A stretch of DNA of 58,975 nucleotides, taken from positions 1 to 58,975 of the forward strand of contig SXIR01000170.1 in assembly GCA_005772765.1 (NCBI GenBank), written 5' to 3'. The position numbers and the translations under genes are program-made. The notes below the pieces were generated by a model. That model was not told the origin of the DNA. It saw only the letters and a list, made by a program, of their open reading frames with translations, and searched no databases. The stretch comes from Actinomycetota bacterium. Lineage in GTDB: Bacteria > Actinomycetota > Acidimicrobiia > IMCC26256 > PALSA-610. Shown piece by piece: positions 9,401-17,263 of the stretch. Each line of letters starts with the position of its first letter. Position 1 is the stretch's first letter.

Positions 9401-10901
9401 CGCAACCTCGAGCGGGCGACTCGGCGATCCGGCGACGAGAGGATCGGCCGCGCTCGACGGTGATCTGTCGACGGCGTGGATGACGCCGATCGCGTTCGTC
9501 AAGGAAGCGGCGATTCGGGTCGACCTTCCCGCACCTCGCGTCATCGATCACCTCGACCTGGCGTTCACCGCCGATGGTCGCCACTCGATGCCGACGCAAC
9601 TCACGATCTCGACGGCAACGGGCGACGAACGCGTTGTCGATCTGCCGGTGCTCGACCCTGCCCCGACGCCGACCGGTTACGTCACCGCTCGCGTCGACTT
9701 CGAACCGATCGAGACCGACGACCTCGAAGTCGAGATCAGCGACTTCCAGCCGGTCGAGCGCAGCGAAACCGTCATGCCGGCGGGCATCGTCGAACTCGGC
9801 ATCGAGGGCGTGCAGCGAGGTGCGCCGCAGGCGGGTCTTGCCCTCGAATGTCGTGACGATTTGCTCGAAATCGACGGAACGCCGATCGGAATTCGCGCCC
9901 GGGCTACCACGGTTGACCTCCTCGACCAACGGCGCGTCGAGTTCACGGCATGTGAGCCCGTCGAACTGGCCGGGGGCGCGCACGAACTGCGCAGCCGCAT
10001 GAATCCCGATTCGAGAACCGCGCTCGATCTCACCCGTGTGTTGCTCGTCTCGGACAGCCGCGGCGAGGCAGGGTCGATCGACGACGTCCGCCCCGTCGCT
10101 CAGGCGACGGCGCCGGTGATCATCGAGAACGGGCGAAGCCGGGTCTCCGCCCAGATTGCACCCGATGGCGGCAAACAGTGGTTGATCCTGGGCCAGAGCA
10201 TCAACCGCGGCTGGGTCGCGACCCTCGATGGTGAAGACCTGGGTGCGCCAGCGCTGATCGACGGGTATGCGAACGGCTGGCTCGTCGACACGGCGAGTTG
10301 GGATGGGCCGCGTCGCGTGGTCTTCGAGTGGCGTCCGCAGCGCATCGTGAGCCTGGCCACCTGGATCTCGGGCCTCGCGGCCGTCGGTTGCCTCGCGCTC
10401 GTCTGGCGGACCCGCCGGCGCCGTGGTTCTGCGCCCGCGCCGTTGTGGCCTGACGAGACTCCGTCGTTCGTCGGCGGCCCCCGATTCGCTCGACCCGCTG
10501 GCGAAAGCAACGTCGACTTCGCGGTGCCAGGTCTGCTGTCGACGGTGGTGCTCGGGTGCGCGGCTGCGTTACTGGTCGGGCCGATGGCTGGCGTGGCGGT
10601 CGTGGTCGTCTTGACGCTCGCAAGGGTCGACGGATGGATCGGTCGGGGTATCCGTTGGTTGCCGACCGCCGTGCTCGGCTTTGTCGCCTGTTTCATGGCT
10701 GGATCGCAGTTGCTCCGCGATCTGCCGCCCCGATTCGATTGGCCTTCGCAGTTCGAGTCGTTACGAGTGCCGACGTGGATTGCATTGTTTGCGTTCGTCG
10801 GGCTCGCAATCGCCGGGAGCCGAGCGTCGGCGCGGATCACGACGGCGGCCAACGCGACTGCGGCCATTCATGCGGCCATTCATGCGGACGGGGAACCGTG
10901 A
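6483..10901 (+). CDS. aftD: Alpha-(1->3)-arabinofuranosyltransferase AftD-like / DUF3367 protein
   Basis: 1472 aa; 'ADTKSYLYLDP', 'HQTIGYLFPLGPYY', 'ELLRGLGYW', 'IPQYW', two discoidin-like 'FDGNRETSW'/'LDGDLSTAW' modules, 'DGYANGW'; ATGA coupling. Confidence 0.85.
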   Translation: MTDARSLPRPLMFGRLAEPRVQRLGIAVFAALCYVPLLLTDPGKVHADTKSYLYLDPSRLLAGARSMWDPEIGLGTTSHQTIGYLFPLGPYYWFTIDVLGMPAWIAQRLALGTMLFAAGMGVRYLLRVVGIGGAGVAVGMMAYTFTPYVLQYSARLSVLLGPWSALPWLTAFTMLALRHGGWRYPALIALTIQLVGSINLTAIVLVVIGPVLWAPYAVMALRECDWRRVGGLAVRVASLSVFASLWWMSGLWVEGGYGLSILRFTESIQTVAATSYPYELLRGLGYWFFYGRDRIGHWNDAFLVYSLNASVVFASLAIPALAFAAAAVTRWRLKGYFALLVLIGVAIAVGSAPYDDPSPLGSVYKSFATTSTVGFALRSTARAAPLMVLGLSVLLAAGVTAFTRELRALGRTRSATLIPIVIVGLVLLNAPGVWKGSYYSDYLARDEAIPQYWTDALADLDAASHDTRVLALPGADFAAYRWGDTVDPIEPGLIDRPYIARELVPWGSEATTNLLVALDRRLQEGTLDPDAVAPIARLMGVGDIVLRFDLETDRFTLIPAGPLWQTFTDANADTGLPDGLREPVGYGDEIPGSLRFPELGDLARPPSEDPDPPPVAVVGVDDPVPVVRSKSAVPIVVSGDGDGLVDLAAAGVIDGHSPIVYSGSNADDPRVLRDLPDGAVLVVTDSNRRRGMRWAGLYTNYGYTEVAGEEPLLDDLLDQRLVVFPDAGDDAATVTELRGIADLRASRYGTASFGYSPGERPAMMFDGNRETSWVVDGGSELTNQWVTMAFDAPITTDRIEIVQPRTQRTRRFLSRISVRFDGGPREFFDLGAASRRIGGQALTFETRTFERLEIRMEATSGGGGIYLGNLNPIGIAELRIRDTDRGRRIRVEEVARVPVDLLDALGADSDGHPLAFAFARDLTMDGTNLWRRFEVPSTRSFGLSGTLQLSSFADDAIIDELLGIPAARDGGVTATSSGRLGDPATRGSAALDGDLSTAWMTPIAFVKEAAIRVDLPAPRVIDHLDLAFTADGRHSMPTQLTISTATGDERVVDLPVLDPAPTPTGYVTARVDFEPIETDDLEVEISDFQPVERSETVMPAGIVELGIEGVQRGAPQAGLALECRDDLLEIDGTPIGIRARATTVDLLDQRRVEFTACEPVELAGGAHELRSRMNPDSRTALDLTRVLLVSDSRGEAGSIDDVRPVAQATAPVIIENGRSRVSAQIAPDGGKQWLILGQSINRGWVATLDGEDLGAPALIDGYANGWLVDTASWDGPRRVVFEWRPQRIVSLATWISGLAAVGCLALVWRTRRRRGSAPAPLWPDETPSFVGGPRFARPAGESNVDFAVPGLLSTVVLGCAAALLVGPMAGVAVVVVLTLARVDGWIGRGIRWLPTAVLGFVACFMAGSQLLRDLPPRFDWPSQFESLRVPTWIALFAFVGLAIAGSRASARITTAANATAAIHAAIHADGEP

Positions 10902-12721
10902 CCGACGACCAAGCGATGATCCGAGACATGACGATGCGCTCCGGCGCCAGCGCGTCTGGTCGTTGGGAACGTCGTGATCTGCTGTGGATCGCTGCGTTCG
11001 TCGTTGTCGCAGTCGTCGTTCCGCTGGTGCTCACTGCCGGTGCCGGAGCGCTCGACGTACCGCGCAGTGACGACTGGTCGTACCTGCGGACCCTGTTCGC
11101 GTGGGACCGGACGGGGCGTTTCGACTTCAACGACTGGGTGTCGATGACGTTGGTCGGTCAGCTCGCGCTCGCCCGACCTGTGGTTGCGGTCTTCGGCGAG
11201 AGCATTGTTGCGGTGCGGGTCTTCACGGCGTTGTTGGGTGCTGCGGGCCTCGTCGCGGCGTACGGGTTCGCCCGCCGGTACGGCCTTCGGTCCTCCCACG
11301 CCGCGCTTGCGGTCGGTGGGCTCGCCTCGGGTCCGTTGTGGGGCCCGCTCGCGGCGAGCTTCATGACGGACGTCCCGGGGTTCGCGTTGCAGTCCGCTGC
11401 GTTGGTCGCCGCAGGTGTCGCGTTCGCGTCCGAGCGAGTGCGGCGCCCTGCCCTGGCAGTCGCTCTCGCTGCCGGTGTCGTCGCGATTTCGATCCGGCAG
11501 TACGCCGCGATTCCGCTGATCGCGATCGGACTCACCGCGTTGGTCGTGGCGGCGCGTCCCGCAGGCCGGGCCGATCGGCGCTGGATCCTTGCTTCGCTCG
11601 TCATTGCCGCGGTCGCGGTCGTGGCGGTGCTGGCGTCGTGGAGCGGCATTCCCAACCGACTCGCACTCGGGCCGCGCCTGCCCAACGGCGCGTCGTTGAA
11701 GCTCGCCTACATCAGTCTCGGTGGGTTCTTGCGCCTTGCGGGACTGTTCCAACTTCCGCTGCTGTTGGCGATCGGGCCGGGTCGCCTCCTGGCGCGGGCC
11801 TCGTCGACGTCGCGGGTCGCGACCCTGATGACGAGCGCGCTGGCCGCGACGGTGATGGTGACGACCTGGGCCCTCCAGCCGACCGTTCCGTTCGTCGGGA
11901 ACTACTTCGATCGTCGGGGAACGCTTGCCGACGACATCATCCACGGAAATCGACCCGATCTGATCCCGGGAATCGTGTTCGAGCTACTCACGGTCGCGGC
12001 ATCGCTCGCCGCGATCGCGATCGTTGTCGGTCTCGTCCCTGCGATCCAACGGATCGCGACATCGCCACGGGAGACGGTGCGGCACTGGCGGCGCGATGCG
12101 TCGCCGCTCGACCTGATCTTGGCGCTGACGTTGTTCGGCCAACTCGTGGCGTATGAACTCGCCATCGCGTTCCGCCTGCCGATCTTCGATCGGTACGTCC
12201 TCACCGCGCTTCCGCTCGTCGGTGTGGCGATGGTGCGCGCGGCGGGCCACGCCGGAACCGAACGCGCGAATGCCGCCGACGCCCGCCAACCGATATCGCA
12301 ACGTCCGCGCGTTGCGATGGCGTTCGCCGGTCTGGGTGTGTTGGCGGTGCTGGGAGCCACCTACACGTCGGAGTCGGCGGCGTTCGATGGCGGCCGGTGG
12401 CGGGCGGCCGAAGCGGCGGTCGCTGCGGGCCTGGCCGCCGAAGACATCGACGCGGGCTACGAGTGGAGCGGATGGTTTCGCGGTGTGGCTCCCGGGGTGC
12501 GTCCGTCCATCGAGGAGCGACGTCGGCTCCGTCGTCAATACGTCCAAGGTCTCTGCGTCCAGGTCGTGATCGATCCGCAGCGCCCACCGACCCGAGTGGT
12601 AGCCGAAGTGGCCGTCGACGGGTGGTTCCGGTCTTCGGCGCGGCTCTTCGTCGTCCCGACGGGCCGGGAGTGCGCTTCGGGAGCGGATCTCGATGCCATC
12701 GCGCCCGCGCCGGGCTCCTAG
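10898..12721 (+). CDS. GT-C superfamily glycosyltransferase, paralog 2
   Basis: 'PRSDDWSYLRTLF', 'SFMTDVPG', 'IRQY', 'FDRYVL'; clearly homologous to 4696-6486; GTGA overlap with aftD stop. Confidence 0.75.
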   Translation: MTDDQAMIRDMTMRSGASASGRWERRDLLWIAAFVVVAVVVPLVLTAGAGALDVPRSDDWSYLRTLFAWDRTGRFDFNDWVSMTLVGQLALARPVVAVFGESIVAVRVFTALLGAAGLVAAYGFARRYGLRSSHAALAVGGLASGPLWGPLAASFMTDVPGFALQSAALVAAGVAFASERVRRPALAVALAAGVVAISIRQYAAIPLIAIGLTALVVAARPAGRADRRWILASLVIAAVAVVAVLASWSGIPNRLALGPRLPNGASLKLAYISLGGFLRLAGLFQLPLLLAIGPGRLLARASSTSRVATLMTSALAATVMVTTWALQPTVPFVGNYFDRRGTLADDIIHGNRPDLIPGIVFELLTVAASLAAIAIVVGLVPAIQRIATSPRETVRHWRRDASPLDLILALTLFGQLVAYELAIAFRLPIFDRYVLTALPLVGVAMVRAAGHAGTERANAADARQPISQRPRVAMAFAGLGVLAVLGATYTSESAAFDGGRWRAAEAAVAAGLAAEDIDAGYEWSGWFRGVAPGVRPSIEERRRLRRQYVQGLCVQVVIDPQRPPTRVVAEVAVDGWFRSSARLFVVPTGRECASGADLDAIAPAPGS

Positions 12722-12766
12722 CCGGGCAAACTCACGCTGATAGCCCTGCCCGACCACGCTGGGTGG

Positions 12767-12775
12767 TGCTACGGT
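12767..12775 (+). promoter_or_regulatory. Possible extended -10 promoter (TG-n-TACGGT) for the surface-protein/PqqD operon
   Basis: tgctacggt in the 167-bp gap before ATG 12889; matches TGnTANNNT only. Confidence 0.25.
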
Positions 12776-12888
12776 GCCCGGATGGAACGGGTGGAGAAGG
12801 CTTCTCGGATCGTTGCTGGGCGCCCCAGTCGCGGGCCGCAGACCTTGCCGCCGAACGCGAAGCGCGCGAGACTTGGGCGGTGGCCGTC

Positions 12889-13683
12889 ATGAGCACGAAG
12901 ACAGTGACGCGACGCAAGGCGGTCGTGTGGAGCGCTCGTGCCGGAGCCGTGGTTGCCGTTGGCGCGTGGGCAGCACCCAAGTTCGAACTCGCGGGTGCGA
13001 CCGGCACCGGAACGGGCACCGGGACGGGTTCGACGACGATTCCGCCGACCAACCCTCCGACGACCGATCCCACCGTCACGACGGCCGGGACGGGTACTGG
13101 CACCGCTGGCTCACCGTGTCCGGATCCAGATGCTCCGGCGTGCAACGAAGAAACCACCACGACGCGCCCGGGCGCCGGCAAGCGCGTCAGTTGTTCGGTG
13201 GAACCCGAAGAAGTTCGACCGAATGCCAAGGCAACGTTTCGCGGTGAGGGCTGGGAATCATCGAGCACCGTGATCATCAAGATCGTCGGCTTCGGCAAGA
13301 TCGGTGAGGCCGCAGTGCAGCCGAATGGTTCGTTCGAGCGCTCGTTGACGATTCCCGACCTGGCGAACGGCAACTATCGCGCCGAGGTCGTCGGCAGCGA
13401 CGCCGAGGGTGACGAAGCCCGCTGCTTCGACGACATGACCGTCAACCGTCAAGGCGGTACCGGCACCGGTTCTGTGACCACCGGTGGCGGCAACTCCGGC
13501 AGCGGCGGATCCGACAACAACGGATCGGGCAGCGCAGGCAGCGGGGGAGGCACCTTGCCCTTCACCGGCTCGGATTCGACGAACCTGCTCGCACTCGGTG
13601 CTGGTGCACTCGTCGTCGGTCGGGTGCTCTACGGCGTACGTGAGCGGCTGGCCGAACGAGATGCCGCCCTCGCCGATTCCTGA
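12889..13683 (+). CDS. Sortase-anchored (LPFTG) surface protein with Tat-like/RiPP-leader-like N-terminus, Thr-Gly repeats and one Ig-like domain
   Basis: MSTKTVTRRKAVV...GAWAAPKFELAGA-TGTGTGTGTGS; Pro/Thr linker; ~90-aa beta-rich domain; Gly/Ser linker; LPFTG (13555-13569) + hydrophobic stretch + RER tail. Confidence 0.75.
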   Translation: MSTKTVTRRKAVVWSARAGAVVAVGAWAAPKFELAGATGTGTGTGTGSTTIPPTNPPTTDPTVTTAGTGTGTAGSPCPDPDAPACNEETTTTRPGAGKRVSCSVEPEEVRPNAKATFRGEGWESSSTVIIKIVGFGKIGEAAVQPNGSFERSLTIPDLANGNYRAEVVGSDAEGDEARCFDDMTVNRQGGTGTGSVTTGGGNSGSGGSDNNGSGSAGSGGGTLPFTGSDSTNLLALGAGALVVGRVLYGVRERLAERDAALADS

Positions 13684-14014
13684 ACCGCAGTCGAGCACTC
13701 CGCATCGGACGTCGGCTTCCTTCGTCGTCGGCGCCGACGTCGTCGTTCGTCGCTACGGTGACGTCGTGCTTGCCTGCTCCAGCTCCGTTGGCACCTTCGT
13801 TGCTCCGACCGTCGTGCGGATCAGCGGCACCGCCCTCGTGGTGTGGGACGCATTGGCGGCCGAACCCGATCTCGAGCGGCTCGGTCGACGCATCGCGCAG
13901 CGTTACACGATCGACGAGACCGTCGCAGCAGCCGACGTCCGTGACGTCGTTGCAGATTGGTGCGCCGCTGGCATCGTCGAGGTGATCGACCCGAGCGAAG
14001 CGCCCAAACCGTGA
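13661..14014 (+). CDS. PqqD-family RiPP recognition element (RRE) protein 1
   Basis: 'ISGTALVVWDAL..DLERLGRRIAQRYTIDETVAAADVRDVVADWCAAGIVE' fits the PqqD 3-strand/3-helix pattern. Confidence 0.8.
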   Translation: MPPSPIPEPQSSTPHRTSASFVVGADVVVRRYGDVVLACSSSVGTFVAPTVVRISGTALVVWDALAAEPDLERLGRRIAQRYTIDETVAAADVRDVVADWCAAGIVEVIDPSEAPKP

Positions 14015-15132
14015 CCGACAACGCGCCGTCGCGTTCGGTTCCCGCTCGGCGCGATCTTGCGGTCGCGATTGCCACGTTCGGCATGACGGAAGGGCCACGA
14101 TTTCCGCGCGCGCCGCTCGACGCGGAGGCGTGGGCGCACCTCATGACCGACGTGTCGTCGCAGCGTCTGCTCGGGCTCGCGGACGCCGCGATCACCGCGG
14201 GCTTTCCCGTGACCGAGCCGCAGGCAACCGACGTTCGGCGCGCCGCCGAGGCGCAAGCGATCGATTGCCTCGCGCTCGACACCATGCTGGTTGGTCTCGC
14301 CGACGAGTTCGATCGGGTCGGCATCGATTTCCGAGTGTTGAAAGGACCCGGTGTTGCTCGCCGCTTCTATGCACGGATCGAATGGCGGCCGTATGGCGAC
14401 ATCGATCTCCTCGTTCGACCCGACCAATGGGATCGCGCGGCTGCACACCTCGTGGAACTCGGTTGTGTACGCCGGTTCGACGAGCCGCGCGCCGGTTTCA
14501 CGGCACGTTTCGGGAAAGGTGCAAGTTTCGTCACGCCGTCGAACTACGAGGTCGACCTGCACCGCACTTTCGTCGCGGGCCCGCACGGATTGGCGTTCGA
14601 CCCGAACCTGTTGTTCACATCGCCGGTGACCTTCGATGTCGGCGGTCGGACCTTGCCCATGTTGAGTGACGTGCACGGGGCGATCCACGTCGGGATGCAC
14701 GCCATACTCGGCAGTGCTGCGCCGCGATGGATCCCGCTCCGCGACTGCATCCAGATCGTTCGGTCCGGGTTGGAGGTCGACGACCTCGTCAGCGCCGCCG
14801 CCGACCTCGGCGCGCGCTGGCCTTTGGCGCTCGCACTGCGCCACGCGCACCGCGACCTCGCGATTCCGATCGACAGCGCGATCGAACAGTGGGGCAATGA
14901 CTACCGCCCGACCGCACGAGAAGCGCGCGCGGCCGAGGTGTATCGCAGCACCGATCAGCGTTACTCGCGCCAGGCGCTGGCCGGACTGCGCGCCATTCCC
15001 ACTTGGCGGGCACGCGCCGAGTACGCCGCAGCGCTCGCCCTTCCTGACCCCGCGTATCGTCGGCGGCGCGAGCAATCACTCGTTGGCCGTCTTCGGTTGT
15101 CGGCCCGTCTGGCGCGACGCGCCCGACCATGA
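14011..15132 (+). CDS. Nucleotidyltransferase family protein (NTP_transf_5 type)
   Basis: 'RVLKGPGVARRFYARIEWRPYGDIDLLVRP' and 'EVDLHR'; GTGA coupling to PqqD. Confidence 0.85.
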   Translation: MTDNAPSRSVPARRDLAVAIATFGMTEGPRFPRAPLDAEAWAHLMTDVSSQRLLGLADAAITAGFPVTEPQATDVRRAAEAQAIDCLALDTMLVGLADEFDRVGIDFRVLKGPGVARRFYARIEWRPYGDIDLLVRPDQWDRAAAHLVELGCVRRFDEPRAGFTARFGKGASFVTPSNYEVDLHRTFVAGPHGLAFDPNLLFTSPVTFDVGGRTLPMLSDVHGAIHVGMHAILGSAAPRWIPLRDCIQIVRSGLEVDDLVSAAADLGARWPLALALRHAHRDLAIPIDSAIEQWGNDYRPTAREARAAEVYRSTDQRYSRQALAGLRAIPTWRARAEYAAALALPDPAYRRRREQSLVGRLRLSARLARRARP

Positions 15133-15938
15133 CTCGCGCGGTCGCAACTTTTCGGGCGCTCGACGCGCGATGGACCGTCGAGGCCTCTCCGTGGTGGGTC
15201 GAACGGATCGCGACGGTCTTCGCCGCGACGCAGGTCAGCGACGATGCGAACGAACCGGCGGATCTGCAGTTCCGGATCGAGGGCGACGGTCCCGCGACGC
15301 TCACGAGCGCCGGACATTCGCTTTTGCGGGATGTACGTGTGGCCGCTGTGCTCGACCGCATCGTGTGGGAGGTGAACCAACTTGCGTGGCGTGCGAATCC
15401 CGCCGCGGTCTTGGTGCACGGCGGCTTGGTCGAACGCGCTGGACGTGCGGTCCTCGTGACCGGCCCCTCCGGGGTTGGAAAGACGACCCTCGTCGCGAGC
15501 CTCTGTCTACGCGGATTCGGTTACCTCTCCGACGAGATTGCCGCGCTCGGTCCGAGCGGACCGACTGCCTTCGCGAAACCGTTGTCGATTCGGCCCGGGG
15601 CGCAAGCGAGGTTCGGTCCGTTCGCGCCGCCCGCTGATCTTTCCGAGCTGATGACGAGTGCCTGGTACGTCCCGTTGGCGTCGGCGACCGCCAACGAGGT
15701 CGCAGTCGTTGTCTTCGTCGATCACGACGACCAGCGCTCGACGGCGCTGCGTCGCGTGCCGCGCGCCGAAGCCTTGGTCCGGCTCTGCGACCAGACCCCC
15801 AACCTGGCGGCGTCAGGTGCCGTCGGTTTTCGGCGGCTTGCCGCGATGGTCCGCGGCGCGCAGTCGGTCGACCTTGTGGCCAACGATCTCGGCCTTGCGG
15901 CGGATCTCGTCGTCGACGTGCTGGAATCACCCCGATGA
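15129..15938 (+). CDS. HprK-related P-loop kinase (PadeK / HPr-rel type)
   Basis: 'VLVHGGLVERAGRAVLVTGPSGVGKTTL...GFGYLSDEIAAL': His, Walker A and SDE signature; ATGA coupling. Confidence 0.85.
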   Translation: MTRAVATFRALDARWTVEASPWWVERIATVFAATQVSDDANEPADLQFRIEGDGPATLTSAGHSLLRDVRVAAVLDRIVWEVNQLAWRANPAAVLVHGGLVERAGRAVLVTGPSGVGKTTLVASLCLRGFGYLSDEIAALGPSGPTAFAKPLSIRPGAQARFGPFAPPADLSELMTSAWYVPLASATANEVAVVVFVDHDDQRSTALRRVPRAEALVRLCDQTPNLAASGAVGFRRLAAMVRGAQSVDLVANDLGLAADLVVDVLESPR

Positions 15939-16171
15939 CGGTGCGTCCGGTGGGTGCGTTGGTGGTCGAGGTGCTCGACGGCGAAGCGGTGATCTTTGCA
16001 CCCGCCGATGGACGCGTGCACCGACTCAACGAGATTGCCACTCGGTGGTGGTCGAACATCACTGCGGGAATCGAACCCGATGATCCAGCCGATCGAGAGG
16101 AATACGCCGAGTTCGTTGCGCAACTTGCGACCGCAGGACTCGTCGTCGATGTCGACGGGCGGCGTCGGTGA
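15935..16171 (+). CDS. PqqD-family RRE protein 2 (short)
   Basis: 78 aa: 'VEVLDGEAVIFAPADGRVHRLNEIATRWW...FVAQLATAGLV'. Confidence 0.8.
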   Translation: MTVRPVGALVVEVLDGEAVIFAPADGRVHRLNEIATRWWSNITAGIEPDDPADREEYAEFVAQLATAGLVVDVDGRRR

Positions 16172-17226
16172 ACCTCGATGCGCTGGCGCTCGGTGTGCTG
16201 TTCGGAGGCTTCGGTGTCCTCGTCGGCGCGGTGTTCATCTTCTTGGTAGGTCGGCGCGGGCACGCCGATGGTGGTCTCGGCGTGTGGGTGGCCGCAGCCG
16301 GACTGTTGGCCGTCGAGTACACGAGCGAGGTCACCCAGCTCGTGCCGTGGGCGGCGATCGCTGCGATCGTTGTCCTCGCTGGTGGTGGGCTCTTCTTCGA
16401 CCGCGTGCCTGCTCGCTGGTCGCCGCTGGTGTTCGTGCCCGGCGCGAGTGCTCTGGCGCTGGTGCCCTTGAACGGGATCGAGCTGCAGACTCGAGTTGCG
16501 CTCGGGCTGATCACACTGGTTGCGTGCGTCGGGGCCGCCGACTTCGAACGCGCCCACGTGAGTGACGGCTTCGCCTTGTGGCTGTTCCCCGTCACCGCGC
16601 TTGTCCCCGCGCTCCTCATCGATGGTGGGACCGAACCGGGTTGGGCCTTTGCCGGTGCGTCGGCCGTGATGGTGGTCAACGTGATTCCTCGCCCGCGGGC
16701 TCGGCTCGGCGCGCCGGGTATCGCAGCGCTCGTCGGTGCGTACCTCTGGGTCGGAACGCTGTTGTCGGCGAATCGGGCGGTTCGGATGGCAACCCTGTTT
16801 GCCGGCTTGGGGTTTGTCGTCCTCGAGCCGCTTGCGCGCAATCTCGGGCGCATCGAAGCGCGGGGGCGCCGTCGGACGGGCAAGCGTCTCCAGGATCGTG
16901 ATGCGGTCATCATCGCGACTGGGGTGTTCGGCCAGGCAATCATCGGGTTCTTCGCAGTCCGCGTCACCGGGCACAGCCGCCGCTCCGAGTATGCGTTGTT
17001 GGTGTTGCTGGCGGTGCTGTCGGCGTTCACCGCAACCGCCCGGGCGTTCGTGCCCGCGGCGAACCGTCGACGCACAGGCGACTCGCGGCGACGCTCAGGC
17101 GGGCGTTCTCGGCGCGGGGCAACGTGGGTGCGGGCGGTTACCGGCGACCGATCGCACCGGAGCCACCGCGGTCGTCACCGCGGTCGTCATCGCAGTCGTC
17201 ATGGCGACGGTCGCGACAACGTCTGA
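16168..17226 (+). CDS. Multi-pass membrane protein, possibly degenerate MraY/WecA (glycosyl transferase family 4)-like, with Arg/His-rich tail
   Basis: About 10 hydrophobic segments; 'NVIPRPRARLGAPG' loosely resembles 'N.PPA.IFMGD.G'; GTGA coupled to PqqD2. Confidence 0.5.
   Translation: MNLDALALGVLFGGFGVLVGAVFIFLVGRRGHADGGLGVWVAAAGLLAVEYTSEVTQLVPWAAIAAIVVLAGGGLFFDRVPARWSPLVFVPGASALALVPLNGIELQTRVALGLITLVACVGAADFERAHVSDGFALWLFPVTALVPALLIDGGTEPGWAFAGASAVMVVNVIPRPRARLGAPGIAALVGAYLWVGTLLSANRAVRMATLFAGLGFVVLEPLARNLGRIEARGRRRTGKRLQDRDAVIIATGVFGQAIIGFFAVRVTGHSRRSEYALLVLLAVLSAFTATARAFVPAANRRRTGDSRRRSGGRSRRGATWVRAVTGDRSHRSHRGRHRGRHRSRHGDGRDNV
17164..17203 (+). repeat. 12-bp imperfect tandem repeat (caccgcggtcgt) encoding HRGR-HRGR-HRSR-H
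   Basis: Read directly from the sequence. Confidence 0.7.
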
Positions 17227-17263
17227 ACCGGCGCGAACGACGTGGTTGCGCAGGTTGGTGCGA

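Noticed and set aside
10860-10887. 12-bp duplication (AAIH-AAIH) at the aftD 3' end
   Set aside because: Small in-frame duplication in a tail that looks low-complexity; probably neutral
13661-16171. PqqD genes as PQQ biosynthesis for the GSDH-like protein at 47139-50174
   Set aside because: No pqqA/B/C/E present; the neighbours are a kinase and a nucleotidyltransferase
12722-17226. Conventional lasso peptide cluster
   Set aside because: No cyclase, B2 peptidase or short precursor with a ring-forming Asp/Glu was seen in the window; genes acting in trans cannot be excluded
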